Virus record (IMG/VR): IMGVR_UViG_3300010327_000704
Coordinates: 1-36,413 of that record
From: a virus
Length of the DNA stretch: 36,413 bases
Strand: one strand, 5' to 3'
Under the pieces are notes generated by a model. It was given only the letters and a program-made list of their open reading frames with translations, searched no databases and was not told the origin of the DNA. Shown here one piece after another: positions 8,449 to 16,935 of the stretch (position 1 is its first letter; each line of letters starts with the position of its first letter). Made by a program: the position numbers and the translations under genes.

Positions 8449-8805
8449 CTATTGGATATAGTGGTTGTGGCCTTTTTCTTTGCGTTTGTTCCGCGCTCCG
8501 GGAAAGCAATTGAGCAGAAGGCGGAGCTGGGCGGCGTATGGTCGCAGTATTCTCTCATTCTCGAATAGTTTGTCCCCGACGTAGAAAGACCACGCCTTCA
8601 AGACCTCCAAACAGAAATAAAACTCCTGTAATTCTCTCGGGAGATCATTGGCGATATATATGCAAGTGTCATGGGGATCCCAGTATGCATATCGCCGTTC
8701 CCAGCCTTTCACGCCCAGACTCTTCAGGGCTTCCCGGAGGCGTTCGCTGTCCTCCATCTTCACATCGTAGATTATCCCTGCGATGTTCACCCGATCGGGG
8801 ATCAT
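8449..8805 (-). CDS. Phage metallopeptidase-like protein with a degenerate HExxH motif
   Basis: IPDRVNIAGIIYDV...IYIANDLPRELQEFYFCLEVLKA follows the small phage zincin pattern, but LEVLK replaces HExxH. Confidence 0.5.
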   Translation of the reverse strand: MIPDRVNIAGIIYDVKMEDSERLREALKSLGVKGWERRYAYWDPHDTCIYIANDLPRELQEFYFCLEVLKAWSFYVGDKLFENERILRPYAAQLRLLLNCFPGARNKRKEKGHNHYIQ

Positions 8806-9191
8806 TCTCTTCGCCTCTTCGCTCCCCGGAGCATCTGAGCCAGCCTATCCTGGAGTTCGGCGGTAATATGCTCTGTTATCGTGTCCTCGAGATCCTTGAT
8901 GATCCTTTCGTTAGATCGGCGAAGAGCATTATTTATAATGTCGACTTCTTCGCGTTTGGCCCGTACTTTGTGTTTGTCGCCGAGATAATTGACCGTGAAG
9001 CCGAGCGCAACCGCCAGAACGCCCGAAATCAAGAACTCGAACCTCGTAGGGCTGGATGTCAGACCGTTCTGGACGAGGATCAGGCCCGCGGCGATCAGAG
9101 CACTCGATGTGCTCGTCTTGGCCAGATTCGTTTTCAGAACCGTTCGAGTGTAATGTGTGATTATAAGGCGTTTGGTTTTTTCATCAATCAT
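8802..9191 (-). CDS. Holin-like two-TM membrane protein
   Basis: Hydrophobic segments SALIAAGLILVQNGL and FLISGVLAVALGFTVNYLG, followed by a charged coiled-coil with a basic end; sits after the tail genes and before the peptidase. Confidence 0.6.
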   Translation of the reverse strand: MIDEKTKRLIITHYTRTVLKTNLAKTSTSSALIAAGLILVQNGLTSSPTRFEFLISGVLAVALGFTVNYLGDKHKVRAKREEVDIINNALRRSNERIIKDLEDTITEHITAELQDRLAQMLRGAKRRRE

Positions 9192-9235
9192 GCTATCTGG
9201 TCTCCATTGTCCGTTTTGTCGTCATTGGCGGCTGA

Positions 9236-11728
9236 TTATGGTCTGTAGCTTATTCTTGTCTTGTAGATGTGGGCGTAGCCGTCTGTGGTGTTCCTCGCCG
9301 CCCGGATACCGACCCTGAGGGACTGGTCGCGGATATTCGGCGTGTAGATCACTTCGATTCTGCTGCCCTCAGCTGGCGTGCTCGTGAATGTGATCTCGCC
9401 GGTCGTATAGTCTACCGTGAAGTCCTCGTCTTCTGCGAGATCCATATCGTCGATTTGGACCATGGCTATTGGGTCGATTGGGACAAAAGGCAATGTGAAG
9501 GTGCTGGCAGAGCCATCAGCAGTCGTGGCCCATCTCTGGGCGTCTAGACGGGCTGGGAGAGTCCCATCCTCCAAGCTAAGGCCAGTCGCCACCAACGGGA
9601 TGTATTGGACGTGAACCACGCCATCCAGATCTTTATAGAGGGTGATGATGGCGTTTTCATAGTCGACTATGTAGTCATCGTATTCGTACAATGGAGCGAG
9701 GGTTTCGTCATCTTGGAGCGTTATGACCACCGATCCCTCGAGAACGCTTCGAACTGGCAGATCTATCTGGGAGACGCTGTATGAGATTTCGATCTTCGCG
9801 CCACCCGCTGGAGCCGTTGCGAATTCGACTTTCCCAGCATCATAGTCGATTGTGTAGTCTGTTCCGCGCGTCTTCGTGACATTGTCGATTTTGACGACCT
9901 CTGAGGCTGTGAAAACCGGCTTATGCGAAGTATAGAACGTCTTCTGGGACCCGTCGCCCGTATATTCGTCCACGTAGCTGACCGGCTCTTGGTAGATGAT
10001 CTTCTCGTGTTTGGCGATGTCAACGGTCACCGTAGTAGCCGGGTTCTTCTCATAGACGGCGTCAGCCTCAGACCAGACGTTAGCCGTGAGGATACCCACT
10101 AGGGGTGGTGTGAATTCCTCTGAGACGATGTACATTTCCATAGCGGGACTCATTCGCAATTCGAGGGACAATTTGGAGATGTACGGCGTATTTGAAGAGT
10201 TTGTCGTCGCCAACTTGGCTCTGAAGAGCAATATGGTCGTTGGTGTGGAGAAGGACGCCGTATAATTGTTCGATGACGTTAGATCGTACCATGTGATTCC
10301 GGACGCGCCGGGGACGCCAACCTGATAAGTTATATCCGTGCCAGACGGCTTGGAGTCCGTCGGCTTCAAAATCACCGTATGCACTGGGTTCGTTCGAATA
10401 GGCCGCAAGTACACGTACTTGTCTGAGGCGTAGCGCGTCACTGTGGTCGGCACGTCACGGAAATACCAATAGTCGTACGTGTATTCGATTTCCTTCGGCA
10501 CAAGAACCGTTCCAAGTGTCGGGTAGCCGACTTGCACCTCGTCATACACTGTTGCGTGCGTATATTCGATCCACTGCTTGATCACTTGCTTAGGTTGGGT
10601 TACGGTGGTGATGGCGTCGATTCTGAAGCAGATACTCCCTGTGACGGTCTTACCATCCCTCGTTCCGCTGAGGGCCTGCCAGCCGGCGTTCTGGTTCCAA
10701 TACATCCATGACCTGCCCTTGTTGAAGGCTTTGCGAACTCCAAGGGCTCTCCAAGCCTTCGGGTCTTGCTCTTCTTCAGTATATATGACAATGGCGTAAT
10801 ACTGATTCTTCTTGATAGGAACCGAGACCTCAAAGACCGCTACATCGTCCTTCAGAGTCATTTTAGAGGAATCGGTCAGAAAGAGGAACCCTTCAATTTT
10901 GAGGCCGGGACACTTGTGATCTTTGATCGTGATTTTGGGGCGGCCATTTGCGTCTACGGCAGCTATCCCAACGTATAGGGGCTTTCCACCCTTCGGCGGC
11001 TTCTTAATCCCAAGATAGAGACGTTTGATGGTTGCGTCGGCTGGCGCCTGAAATGTCTGGGCGAGAATCACCGTATTCTCACACCACGATTTGCAGCCAG
11101 GCCTCCACTCAACATCAGAGCCTTTGATCACGTTTTCGGAGTCTGGCCAAGCCATGATCGGCATCTCGACAGTCGTCGTCGTGTTTTCATAGTAAACTTC
11201 TTGATGTGTGATGGGGATTTCGACTTCACGGGGTATGCTTTGCGTTTGCCATTGCGTGCCGGTCCAGACTTGCGTCTCAACCATCACAACTTTCTTTTCT
11301 GTTCGCATTTCGTGTTCAAGGACTTGGACGATCTCTGTTTCCTCATAGTCAGGGAGTCTGAGCCGCTTGTCCTCTATTGCGATTTCCGCGTCTGTTCTTC
11401 GCATATCCACGTATCGTGATACGCTCGCAAAATCCCCGAAATCCACAACCACCGACGCAGACGTTGACTCGTCGAAAGAATAGGCCGGCTGGCCATCCAC
11501 TGTACCAGTGGAGTAGCCAAAGGAATATTGGTCGTCGTGGAAGGGTGGGGTGAGGGTGTTCCGGATCTTCGGGCCCGTACGGGCATCTATAAGCTCAATC
11601 TCCTCCTTGAGATAGCACAGACTGCGATGATAGGCCCGCAGCATCTCGTCGGTGACAAGCCGCTGATCTCCGTACTGGTCTTCCCAGTCGGGCAATTGGA
11701 AGTCTTTCTCTGGGCAATTGCTAGGCAA
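9236..11728 (-). CDS. Large tail/baseplate-associated structural protein (830 aa)
   Basis: Beta-rich and Thr-rich, with repeated DG...F...DY.[IV]DY..G.[IV].F...P..G..IE[IV].Y modules near the C-terminus. TTG start with GGAGTGAG SD; located in the tail-fibre region. Confidence 0.65.
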   Translation of the reverse strand: MPSNCPEKDFQLPDWEDQYGDQRLVTDEMLRAYHRSLCYLKEEIELIDARTGPKIRNTLTPPFHDDQYSFGYSTGTVDGQPAYSFDESTSASVVVDFGDFASVSRYVDMRRTDAEIAIEDKRLRLPDYEETEIVQVLEHEMRTEKKVVMVETQVWTGTQWQTQSIPREVEIPITHQEVYYENTTTTVEMPIMAWPDSENVIKGSDVEWRPGCKSWCENTVILAQTFQAPADATIKRLYLGIKKPPKGGKPLYVGIAAVDANGRPKITIKDHKCPGLKIEGFLFLTDSSKMTLKDDVAVFEVSVPIKKNQYYAIVIYTEEEQDPKAWRALGVRKAFNKGRSWMYWNQNAGWQALSGTRDGKTVTGSICFRIDAITTVTQPKQVIKQWIEYTHATVYDEVQVGYPTLGTVLVPKEIEYTYDYWYFRDVPTTVTRYASDKYVYLRPIRTNPVHTVILKPTDSKPSGTDITYQVGVPGASGITWYDLTSSNNYTASFSTPTTILLFRAKLATTNSSNTPYISKLSLELRMSPAMEMYIVSEEFTPPLVGILTANVWSEADAVYEKNPATTVTVDIAKHEKIIYQEPVSYVDEYTGDGSQKTFYTSHKPVFTASEVVKIDNVTKTRGTDYTIDYDAGKVEFATAPAGGAKIEISYSVSQIDLPVRSVLEGSVVITLQDDETLAPLYEYDDYIVDYENAIITLYKDLDGVVHVQYIPLVATGLSLEDGTLPARLDAQRWATTADGSASTFTLPFVPIDPIAMVQIDDMDLAEDEDFTVDYTTGEITFTSTPAEGSRIEVIYTPNIRDQSLRVGIRAARNTTDGYAHIYKTRISYRP

Positions 11729-11755
11729 TCAGCTCACTCCAAGTGTAAAATAGTC

Positions 11756-12244
11756 TTATGCTCGGCTCAAGGTAGCTTTGTGCGTCAGAGTCATGTTGAA
11801 ACCGCTTGGGATTTGGATTGCGGGGCTCACCACCTTCCTCGCGAACATCTTGCCCCCGGATGAGGCGTTGAAGACTCCTATTTCCTGCGTTCCGTTTATT
11901 TCGGTACTTGAGAACGTTGCCTGGGCCTGGATGAAGTAGCTGGAGGTGTTCACTGTGATGGTGGCTGATTTACGTGTTGTTTCGGCTCCGAGGGCTGTCT
12001 GGGTCGCTGATTCAGATGTGCTGCTTGTACCTATTGCCATGTGCGAAACCGGGTTCAGGGAAGCGTCTTTCAGGCGTGTTAGGGCCAGTTCGAGGCCCGT
12101 GTTCACTATCATGTTTTTCCCAAGTGGGATTTTGATTTCGCGGTCTATGAACATGTTCTGGATCCGGAGAGTCGCTGTGAACTCCCCAACAAGGGCGAGG
12201 CCCTCCCTAAGAGTCTCCCCTTTGGTTTTCTTCTTCTCATTCAT
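11756..12244 (-). CDS. Tail fibre collar/anchor-like protein (DUF3751-like)
   Basis: NMIVNTGLE...HMAIGT...TALGAE...EIGVFNASSGGKMFAR is the pattern typical of fibre N-terminal/collar proteins. Confidence 0.7.
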   Translation of the reverse strand: MNEKKKTKGETLREGLALVGEFTATLRIQNMFIDREIKIPLGKNMIVNTGLELALTRLKDASLNPVSHMAIGTSSTSESATQTALGAETTRKSATITVNTSSYFIQAQATFSSTEINGTQEIGVFNASSGGKMFARKVVSPAIQIPSGFNMTLTHKATLSRA

Positions 12245-12303
12245 TTTTTCTACCTCCAGAGATTGAGGGGCCTTCTCATTCTTTTTTTTTTTCGATTTGG
12301 TTT

Positions 12304-14649
12304 TCAGAATGTTCTTGAGATAGATATGTTATGCTGTATTTTGTCTATCTGGGGTGTGGCGGTGTCAGAGCTCTGGAAACTGAAAATGAACTTGAATTGG
12401 TCGCTCGAACTTGAAACGGTGACGTCAGTGAGACTGATGGTAGTGCCCCCAGTTATATTGGCTGTTTTTACGGTGGAACCGTTCTTCTTCGCCGTGAACG
12501 ACAATGTACAGCCAGATGGGACGGTCGCGTTCACAACCACCTGCCCAAGATTGTTCCCCACGCCAACGTTGGACCCGGTGAGCGTGTAGGATGCTGAACC
12601 GCTTGTAGGGACAGCATAGTAGACTTTCACCCACGCACAGTCAACATAGAACGTCGCATCCGCGCTAGGATAATTGTTCTTCGCAGAAATGTCCAGATAG
12701 AGCGTGTTTATGTTGGAGGGTGTGACATTGCTGAGGCCCCAGAGATCGGAGGATCCTCCGTACGTCTTTGTCGAATAGGACTGCGGCCAATACGTCGACG
12801 TGTCAGCTTTGTTATTCGAATTGATCCCTCCGACGTTGATTCGGATCAGCTGATCTACTCTGTTGACCGTGCCGCTTTGGCGCCGGGAGATCGCTGCCTC
12901 GATGCCCCTTATCGTTGCGTTGGATGGTACGCCGAAGGAGAAACCTGAAAGCCGCAAGATATCGGTGTAGCACGTTTGGGCAGGCGTGTCTGCCACCGCC
13001 CCGGTGCCATCGCAGGCGCCGAGGGCGTTGCTACGGTTATACCAGTATCCAATGTAGCTGCAGCTGCTATAGTCGATATTTGAGGCTGATGTTGGTCGTT
13101 TCGCCCCGGTATTGGACGTGGTGGGAGATGGGATCGTGATGTAGGCGCTGGTGCCGGATCCGACAATTTGGACGTTGCTCCGCGTCAGCTGCGAAAATTC
13201 GGTGTCTGTGTCGTATGTTCTGATTGCCCCGGATGATTCGGCGGTCGCAGAGTCCCCGATCCGGACTGTTTCCTCGTAGGCGCCGGCTGTCTCGGATTCC
13301 ACGCTGTCCGAAACGGTGAAATCGTCGCTTGGCTCCCCAGTGGCGGTTGCTTCGACTGATTCGGAGATTGATAGGGTTTCCTCGTAGGCGCCGCTGATTT
13401 CCTCAGGCACAAGCTCATCAGAGAACCCGAAGGAGTCCTCAGACTCCGCTGACAGCACAGTCTCAACCAAGTCATCGAATACCAGTCCATCACAGAGCTC
13501 CCCGCCAGGATCCCCACTGACCTCATCTACTACGTTCAGGAACTCTGATATAGTTCCCTCTCCGCTCATGTCGATTTCATCATCGCACACAAGGCCATCA
13601 GGAACTTCACCTGAACCCTCCCCTGCAAGGATCTCATATACTGCGATCCCATCATCGAGGAATCCGCCGCTATCTCCTTCGATAGCATCGGAGAATGATG
13701 TGTCGTCCGTGGCAGGGGACAGCAGGGAATCCCAGGATTCTGAGATTGTGAGACCGTCCTCGAAGGCTTCTCCGATAGCGGCTTGGAAATAGAACTTCTT
13801 CGACGCTGACATAGAATCTATGACTTGCTCGAATTCATCCGAGTCCCATCGGATGTTCATTGGCAAGGAGTCGATGTCTATGGTCACGAAAAATACAGAA
13901 GGGTTCCAATTTTTCGTCTTCATGTACTTCTCGGATTGTCGGCTCCTGTTCATTTCACATAGTTGCCGCCAGAACCCAGATATTGTGGGCTCGACGCCCA
14001 ATAGCCGGAAGATCGAAGCGAAGATCACGCCATGCTCGTCCAAGTATCTCAGGAATTGGTCGAGCCTCTTTTCGTAGTAGTAGTCCGGTTCTGTCCGCTG
14101 ATCATGAAATGGGGGATACGCACGATCCAAGTGGCGATAGTCGGGCTTGGTGAGGGCGTAGCGGGGGCATCCAAGCAGCCGGCCCTTCAAATCCAGTAAT
14201 AAATCCCTGTCATAAGCGTTCCCGACGAGCCCGTCGTTCTCAGGAATTCCCTTCATGTACACACCACTGTCGTAGTCCTTGACTCGAAGAAGAAATTTGG
14301 AGGTCGGGATCGTGTCGGGGAACGTGATATTGATTCGCTTCTTGAATTCATCGGTTCCCTGGGGCAGTCTACCCGAGTCGAGGATTCTCTCGCGGTCTTG
14401 GTACAATTCGACTCTCTTGATATTGGGCAATGCGACGTCAACCCAAATCGCAGCCTCTTTCGGCTTGTTCTGGTCCCTCCACAGCCTCAATGGTCTTCGG
14501 ATGCCGAATATGCTCTGGGCCAATTCCTTGGCCGTTTTGGCTTCTTGGATCGGGTCTCCGAGGGCTTTGATCAAAGCCCTTGTCCGTGTGGCCGGCGACC
14601 TCCCGAGAAACCATGGGATCCGATCTCTGAGTCTGTCCTTCACTGTCAT
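12304..14649 (-). CDS. Baseplate wedge/tail-fibre protein (gpI-like N-terminus, acidic repeat shaft, beta-sandwich tip)
   Basis: Follows baseplate J. N-terminal LLDLKGRLLGCPR...EPDYYYEKRL, central 18-aa repeats, Ser/Thr/Asn-rich C-terminal domains. Confidence 0.65.
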   Translation of the reverse strand: MTVKDRLRDRIPWFLGRSPATRTRALIKALGDPIQEAKTAKELAQSIFGIRRPLRLWRDQNKPKEAAIWVDVALPNIKRVELYQDRERILDSGRLPQGTDEFKKRINITFPDTIPTSKFLLRVKDYDSGVYMKGIPENDGLVGNAYDRDLLLDLKGRLLGCPRYALTKPDYRHLDRAYPPFHDQRTEPDYYYEKRLDQFLRYLDEHGVIFASIFRLLGVEPTISGFWRQLCEMNRSRQSEKYMKTKNWNPSVFFVTIDIDSLPMNIRWDSDEFEQVIDSMSASKKFYFQAAIGEAFEDGLTISESWDSLLSPATDDTSFSDAIEGDSGGFLDDGIAVYEILAGEGSGEVPDGLVCDDEIDMSGEGTISEFLNVVDEVSGDPGGELCDGLVFDDLVETVLSAESEDSFGFSDELVPEEISGAYEETLSISESVEATATGEPSDDFTVSDSVESETAGAYEETVRIGDSATAESSGAIRTYDTDTEFSQLTRSNVQIVGSGTSAYITIPSPTTSNTGAKRPTSASNIDYSSCSYIGYWYNRSNALGACDGTGAVADTPAQTCYTDILRLSGFSFGVPSNATIRGIEAAISRRQSGTVNRVDQLIRINVGGINSNNKADTSTYWPQSYSTKTYGGSSDLWGLSNVTPSNINTLYLDISAKNNYPSADATFYVDCAWVKVYYAVPTSGSASYTLTGSNVGVGNNLGQVVVNATVPSGCTLSFTAKKNGSTVKTANITGGTTISLTDVTVSSSSDQFKFIFSFQSSDTATPQIDKIQHNISISRTF
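13231..13773 (-). repeat. Ten degenerate 18-aa acidic repeats in the fibre protein
   Basis: Repeat starts at aa 293, 311, 329, 347, 365, 383, 401, 420, 438, 456 (e.g. GAYEETLSISESVEATAT, GEPSDDFTVSDSVESETA, GAYEETVRIGDSATAESS). The DNA word TTCCTCGTAGGCGCCG occurs twice. Confidence 0.75.
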
Positions 14650-14655
14650 ATCGCA

Positions 14656-15777
14656 TCACACCACCGTGACTTTGATCTGACCGGCCTTGGCCCGCTTAGA
14701 CTCCGGGATATTAACCTTCTTGGCTGGGTAGGTGATTTCGAGATCTGAGAGTTCCGAGTGGACCTCGGTGAGGAAGCTGCCCAGCCGGAACGGTGAAAAA
14801 TCCTCGCCGAGTCCGAGACCGCGGATAAAATCACCCCTTGAGGTTCTGCCACCGTCTATGAAGGCTCTGATGTCTTTTTCGACGTTGTAGGCGATCGTCT
14901 CGCGCCACATGAAGGTTTCGATTTTGACGCTGACGACGCATTCTATGTCGATTGTTTCGGTTTCCACGCCCACAACCTTGACATCTTCGTCGGCGGCCAT
15001 AGCATCACGCACGTAATCCTGAACCAGCTCCAAAACAGCCTTGTCAGGGGGATCCACAACGATCCTGACGGTTCCTGGGCCATCCCAGCGTGGCTCGATG
15101 ATGAAATCGTTCACGCCGGGCGTAGCCTGCAGCACACGGTAGTAGGCGGTCAATGTGCCCTTCTGGTGCTCGAAGGCCCATTGCTTGACCCGCATCCGCA
15201 ATGAAGCATCATCTTCGGGCGGGTTCCCGCCAGATGATGGCTCAGGATTGTAAACAGTGGCTCCGGGGACATCGTCCTCAATTATATTGAGTTCGCCGGC
15301 CCCTATACGCGTCCCAAGCCCGTAGTCTCGGGATATTGCGTAGGATCTGGCCTCGAGACTTCCTGATGGGATCGCAGCCTCATACAAGGTCTCGTAGGCC
15401 ACACCGGTCTTGGTGGTCAGTCCCGTGCCAGCCGGGATAAAAATATCATCATTGTATCCTTCCATCCTTTCGAAGACAACCGGTACGATCGACTTGGTAG
15501 CTCCGAGACGCTCCAAGCCCACTAACGCGGCCAAACGATCAAGATCATCGCCCACAGCCAGGTCAACGTTCAAGGAGTTGACGAGGCCCTCTAGGTCGGA
15601 GTAGAAACGCGCCAGTTCATCTGCAACAGCTGAAAGAAATAGCACGAGATTGTTTTCGATGCTTTCCCCTCGACTGATTCGCTCTATGAAACCTGTATCA
15701 TCCGAAAGGAGCCCGTATTCGTATGCTCTCGTGATCAGGTCAAATAGTATTTCTCTCTGTGATCGGAATGGAATCAT
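14656..15777 (-). CDS. Baseplate J/gp47-like wedge protein
   Basis: AVGDDLDRLAALVGLER, IPAGT, NPEPSSGG...EDDASLRMR, KGTLTAY, PRWDGPGTVRIVV. Confidence 0.92.
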   Translation of the reverse strand: MIPFRSQREILFDLITRAYEYGLLSDDTGFIERISRGESIENNLVLFLSAVADELARFYSDLEGLVNSLNVDLAVGDDLDRLAALVGLERLGATKSIVPVVFERMEGYNDDIFIPAGTGLTTKTGVAYETLYEAAIPSGSLEARSYAISRDYGLGTRIGAGELNIIEDDVPGATVYNPEPSSGGNPPEDDASLRMRVKQWAFEHQKGTLTAYYRVLQATPGVNDFIIEPRWDGPGTVRIVVDPPDKAVLELVQDYVRDAMAADEDVKVVGVETETIDIECVVSVKIETFMWRETIAYNVEKDIRAFIDGGRTSRGDFIRGLGLGEDFSPFRLGSFLTEVHSELSDLEITYPAKKVNIPESKRAKAGQIKVTVV

Positions 15778-16322
15778 ATGATGCCCTCCTGAGCCGAGAA
15801 GACCATAGTCGCCTCCTCGCCAGCGATTCGAACACCCAGCTCCACCACGACCGCCGTGCCGGGCTCAGCGGTGGCCTTCACATCTAAAACCTCATCAACT
15901 CTATCCATCTCCTCAACAGCTACCCGTATATCGTCCTCGAGGCGGCGTAGCCCCATACCGCTCCGCGGGTCATACAAACGCTTATACACGTCGCTTCCAA
16001 AGGACTGGAAGGGGTATTGGGGGAGTTCTCCAAGGATCGTGAGCAGCTTGAGCACGATACCAGCGTAGACCGATGGTACACCGTCCTCGATGGTAAGATC
16101 CCCGCCCTTGAACTGGAAATCCCATATGCGGCTAGATGCGTCAGCTGGATGGCCCGGGAAGCGAACATCGCCGTCAAAATCCGGATCATAGCCGACAAAA
16201 CCCTCCCCAACGACCATATCATCCGATATGCTTCCTTCTCCGTCGGCGGAGCCTTCACAGAGGATCTGAGTGTAGGAGAAAGTGCAGAATTGAACGTTCT
16301 TGTCCAATCTCTCATCTGTCAC
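15774..16322 (-). CDS. Baseplate gp25/W-like (sheath initiator) protein
   Basis: C-terminal LGELPQYPFQSFGSDVY...LEDDIRVAVEEMDRVDEV pattern; lies between the spike and J genes. Confidence 0.75.
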   Translation of the reverse strand: MTDERLDKNVQFCTFSYTQILCEGSADGEGSISDDMVVGEGFVGYDPDFDGDVRFPGHPADASSRIWDFQFKGGDLTIEDGVPSVYAGIVLKLLTILGELPQYPFQSFGSDVYKRLYDPRSGMGLRRLEDDIRVAVEEMDRVDEVLDVKATAEPGTAVVVELGVRIAGEEATMVFSAQEGII

Positions 16323-16340
16323 CTACTTCGCCTCCCCTTT

Positions 16341-16925
16341 CTATGGTGAGATCTCTTTTCCGTTCAGGACGAGCTTCCCTTCGATTTCAACCCTATCCGC
16401 GTGTACTATGATCCTGGTCTCGCCGTTCCGCAATTCTATGATGTTCTGCTCTGGGTCGAGACGTACACGGAGCCCCCCATACTCGATTGTCCACCCGGGC
16501 TCGAGATTTCCGGATTCGGCGATCAGCTGGTCGTCCATCTTCACGAAGCCAAGAATGTAGTCGCCTTTTCTGTCCCGGTCGCCTTCTACGGCCATTGCCA
16601 CGGCGAACACGTCCTCGGGCGGTATGATATATCGTCCGTAGCGGTCTATGCCGGCCTTCCCCTCTGGGATGCATGATAGGATCGCCTGCGAAGAAAAGAA
16701 TGGGAATGAAAGCCTAGAAGGGTACGCGTCGAAATCCCGGTTGGAAACGTGTTGTATGGGCTTTACATGGGCAACAGCCCGATCAGGATAGACCTTCTCG
16801 ATTTTGACAAGCCGTAGATAGAGGTCTCGTTTGTCAAGGGATGGCTTGCCAGGCAAATCGACCATACGGCCGCCGAGAAGTTTCCTCATATTCCTCGCAA
16901 CATCGCCAGGGGCCAGAACGGTCAA
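16341..16925 (-). CDS. Central spike (gpV/gp45-like) protein
   Basis: N-terminal OB-like VKIEKVYPDRAVAHVKP and short C-terminal beta-strand repeats; follows the hub gene. Confidence 0.68.
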   Translation of the reverse strand: MTVLAPGDVARNMRKLLGGRMVDLPGKPSLDKRDLYLRLVKIEKVYPDRAVAHVKPIQHVSNRDFDAYPSRLSFPFFSSQAILSCIPEGKAGIDRYGRYIIPPEDVFAVAMAVEGDRDRKGDYILGFVKMDDQLIAESGNLEPGWTIEYGGLRVRLDPEQNIIELRNGETRIIVHADRVEIEGKLVLNGKEISP

Positions 16926-16935
16926 ACGGGATCAC

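Noticed and set aside
8538-9248. 236-aa plus-strand ORF, and other long antisense ORFs such as 32998-33756, 29647-30219 and 20727-21296
   Set aside because: They are shadows of well-supported minus-strand genes in GC-rich DNA, with no motifs.
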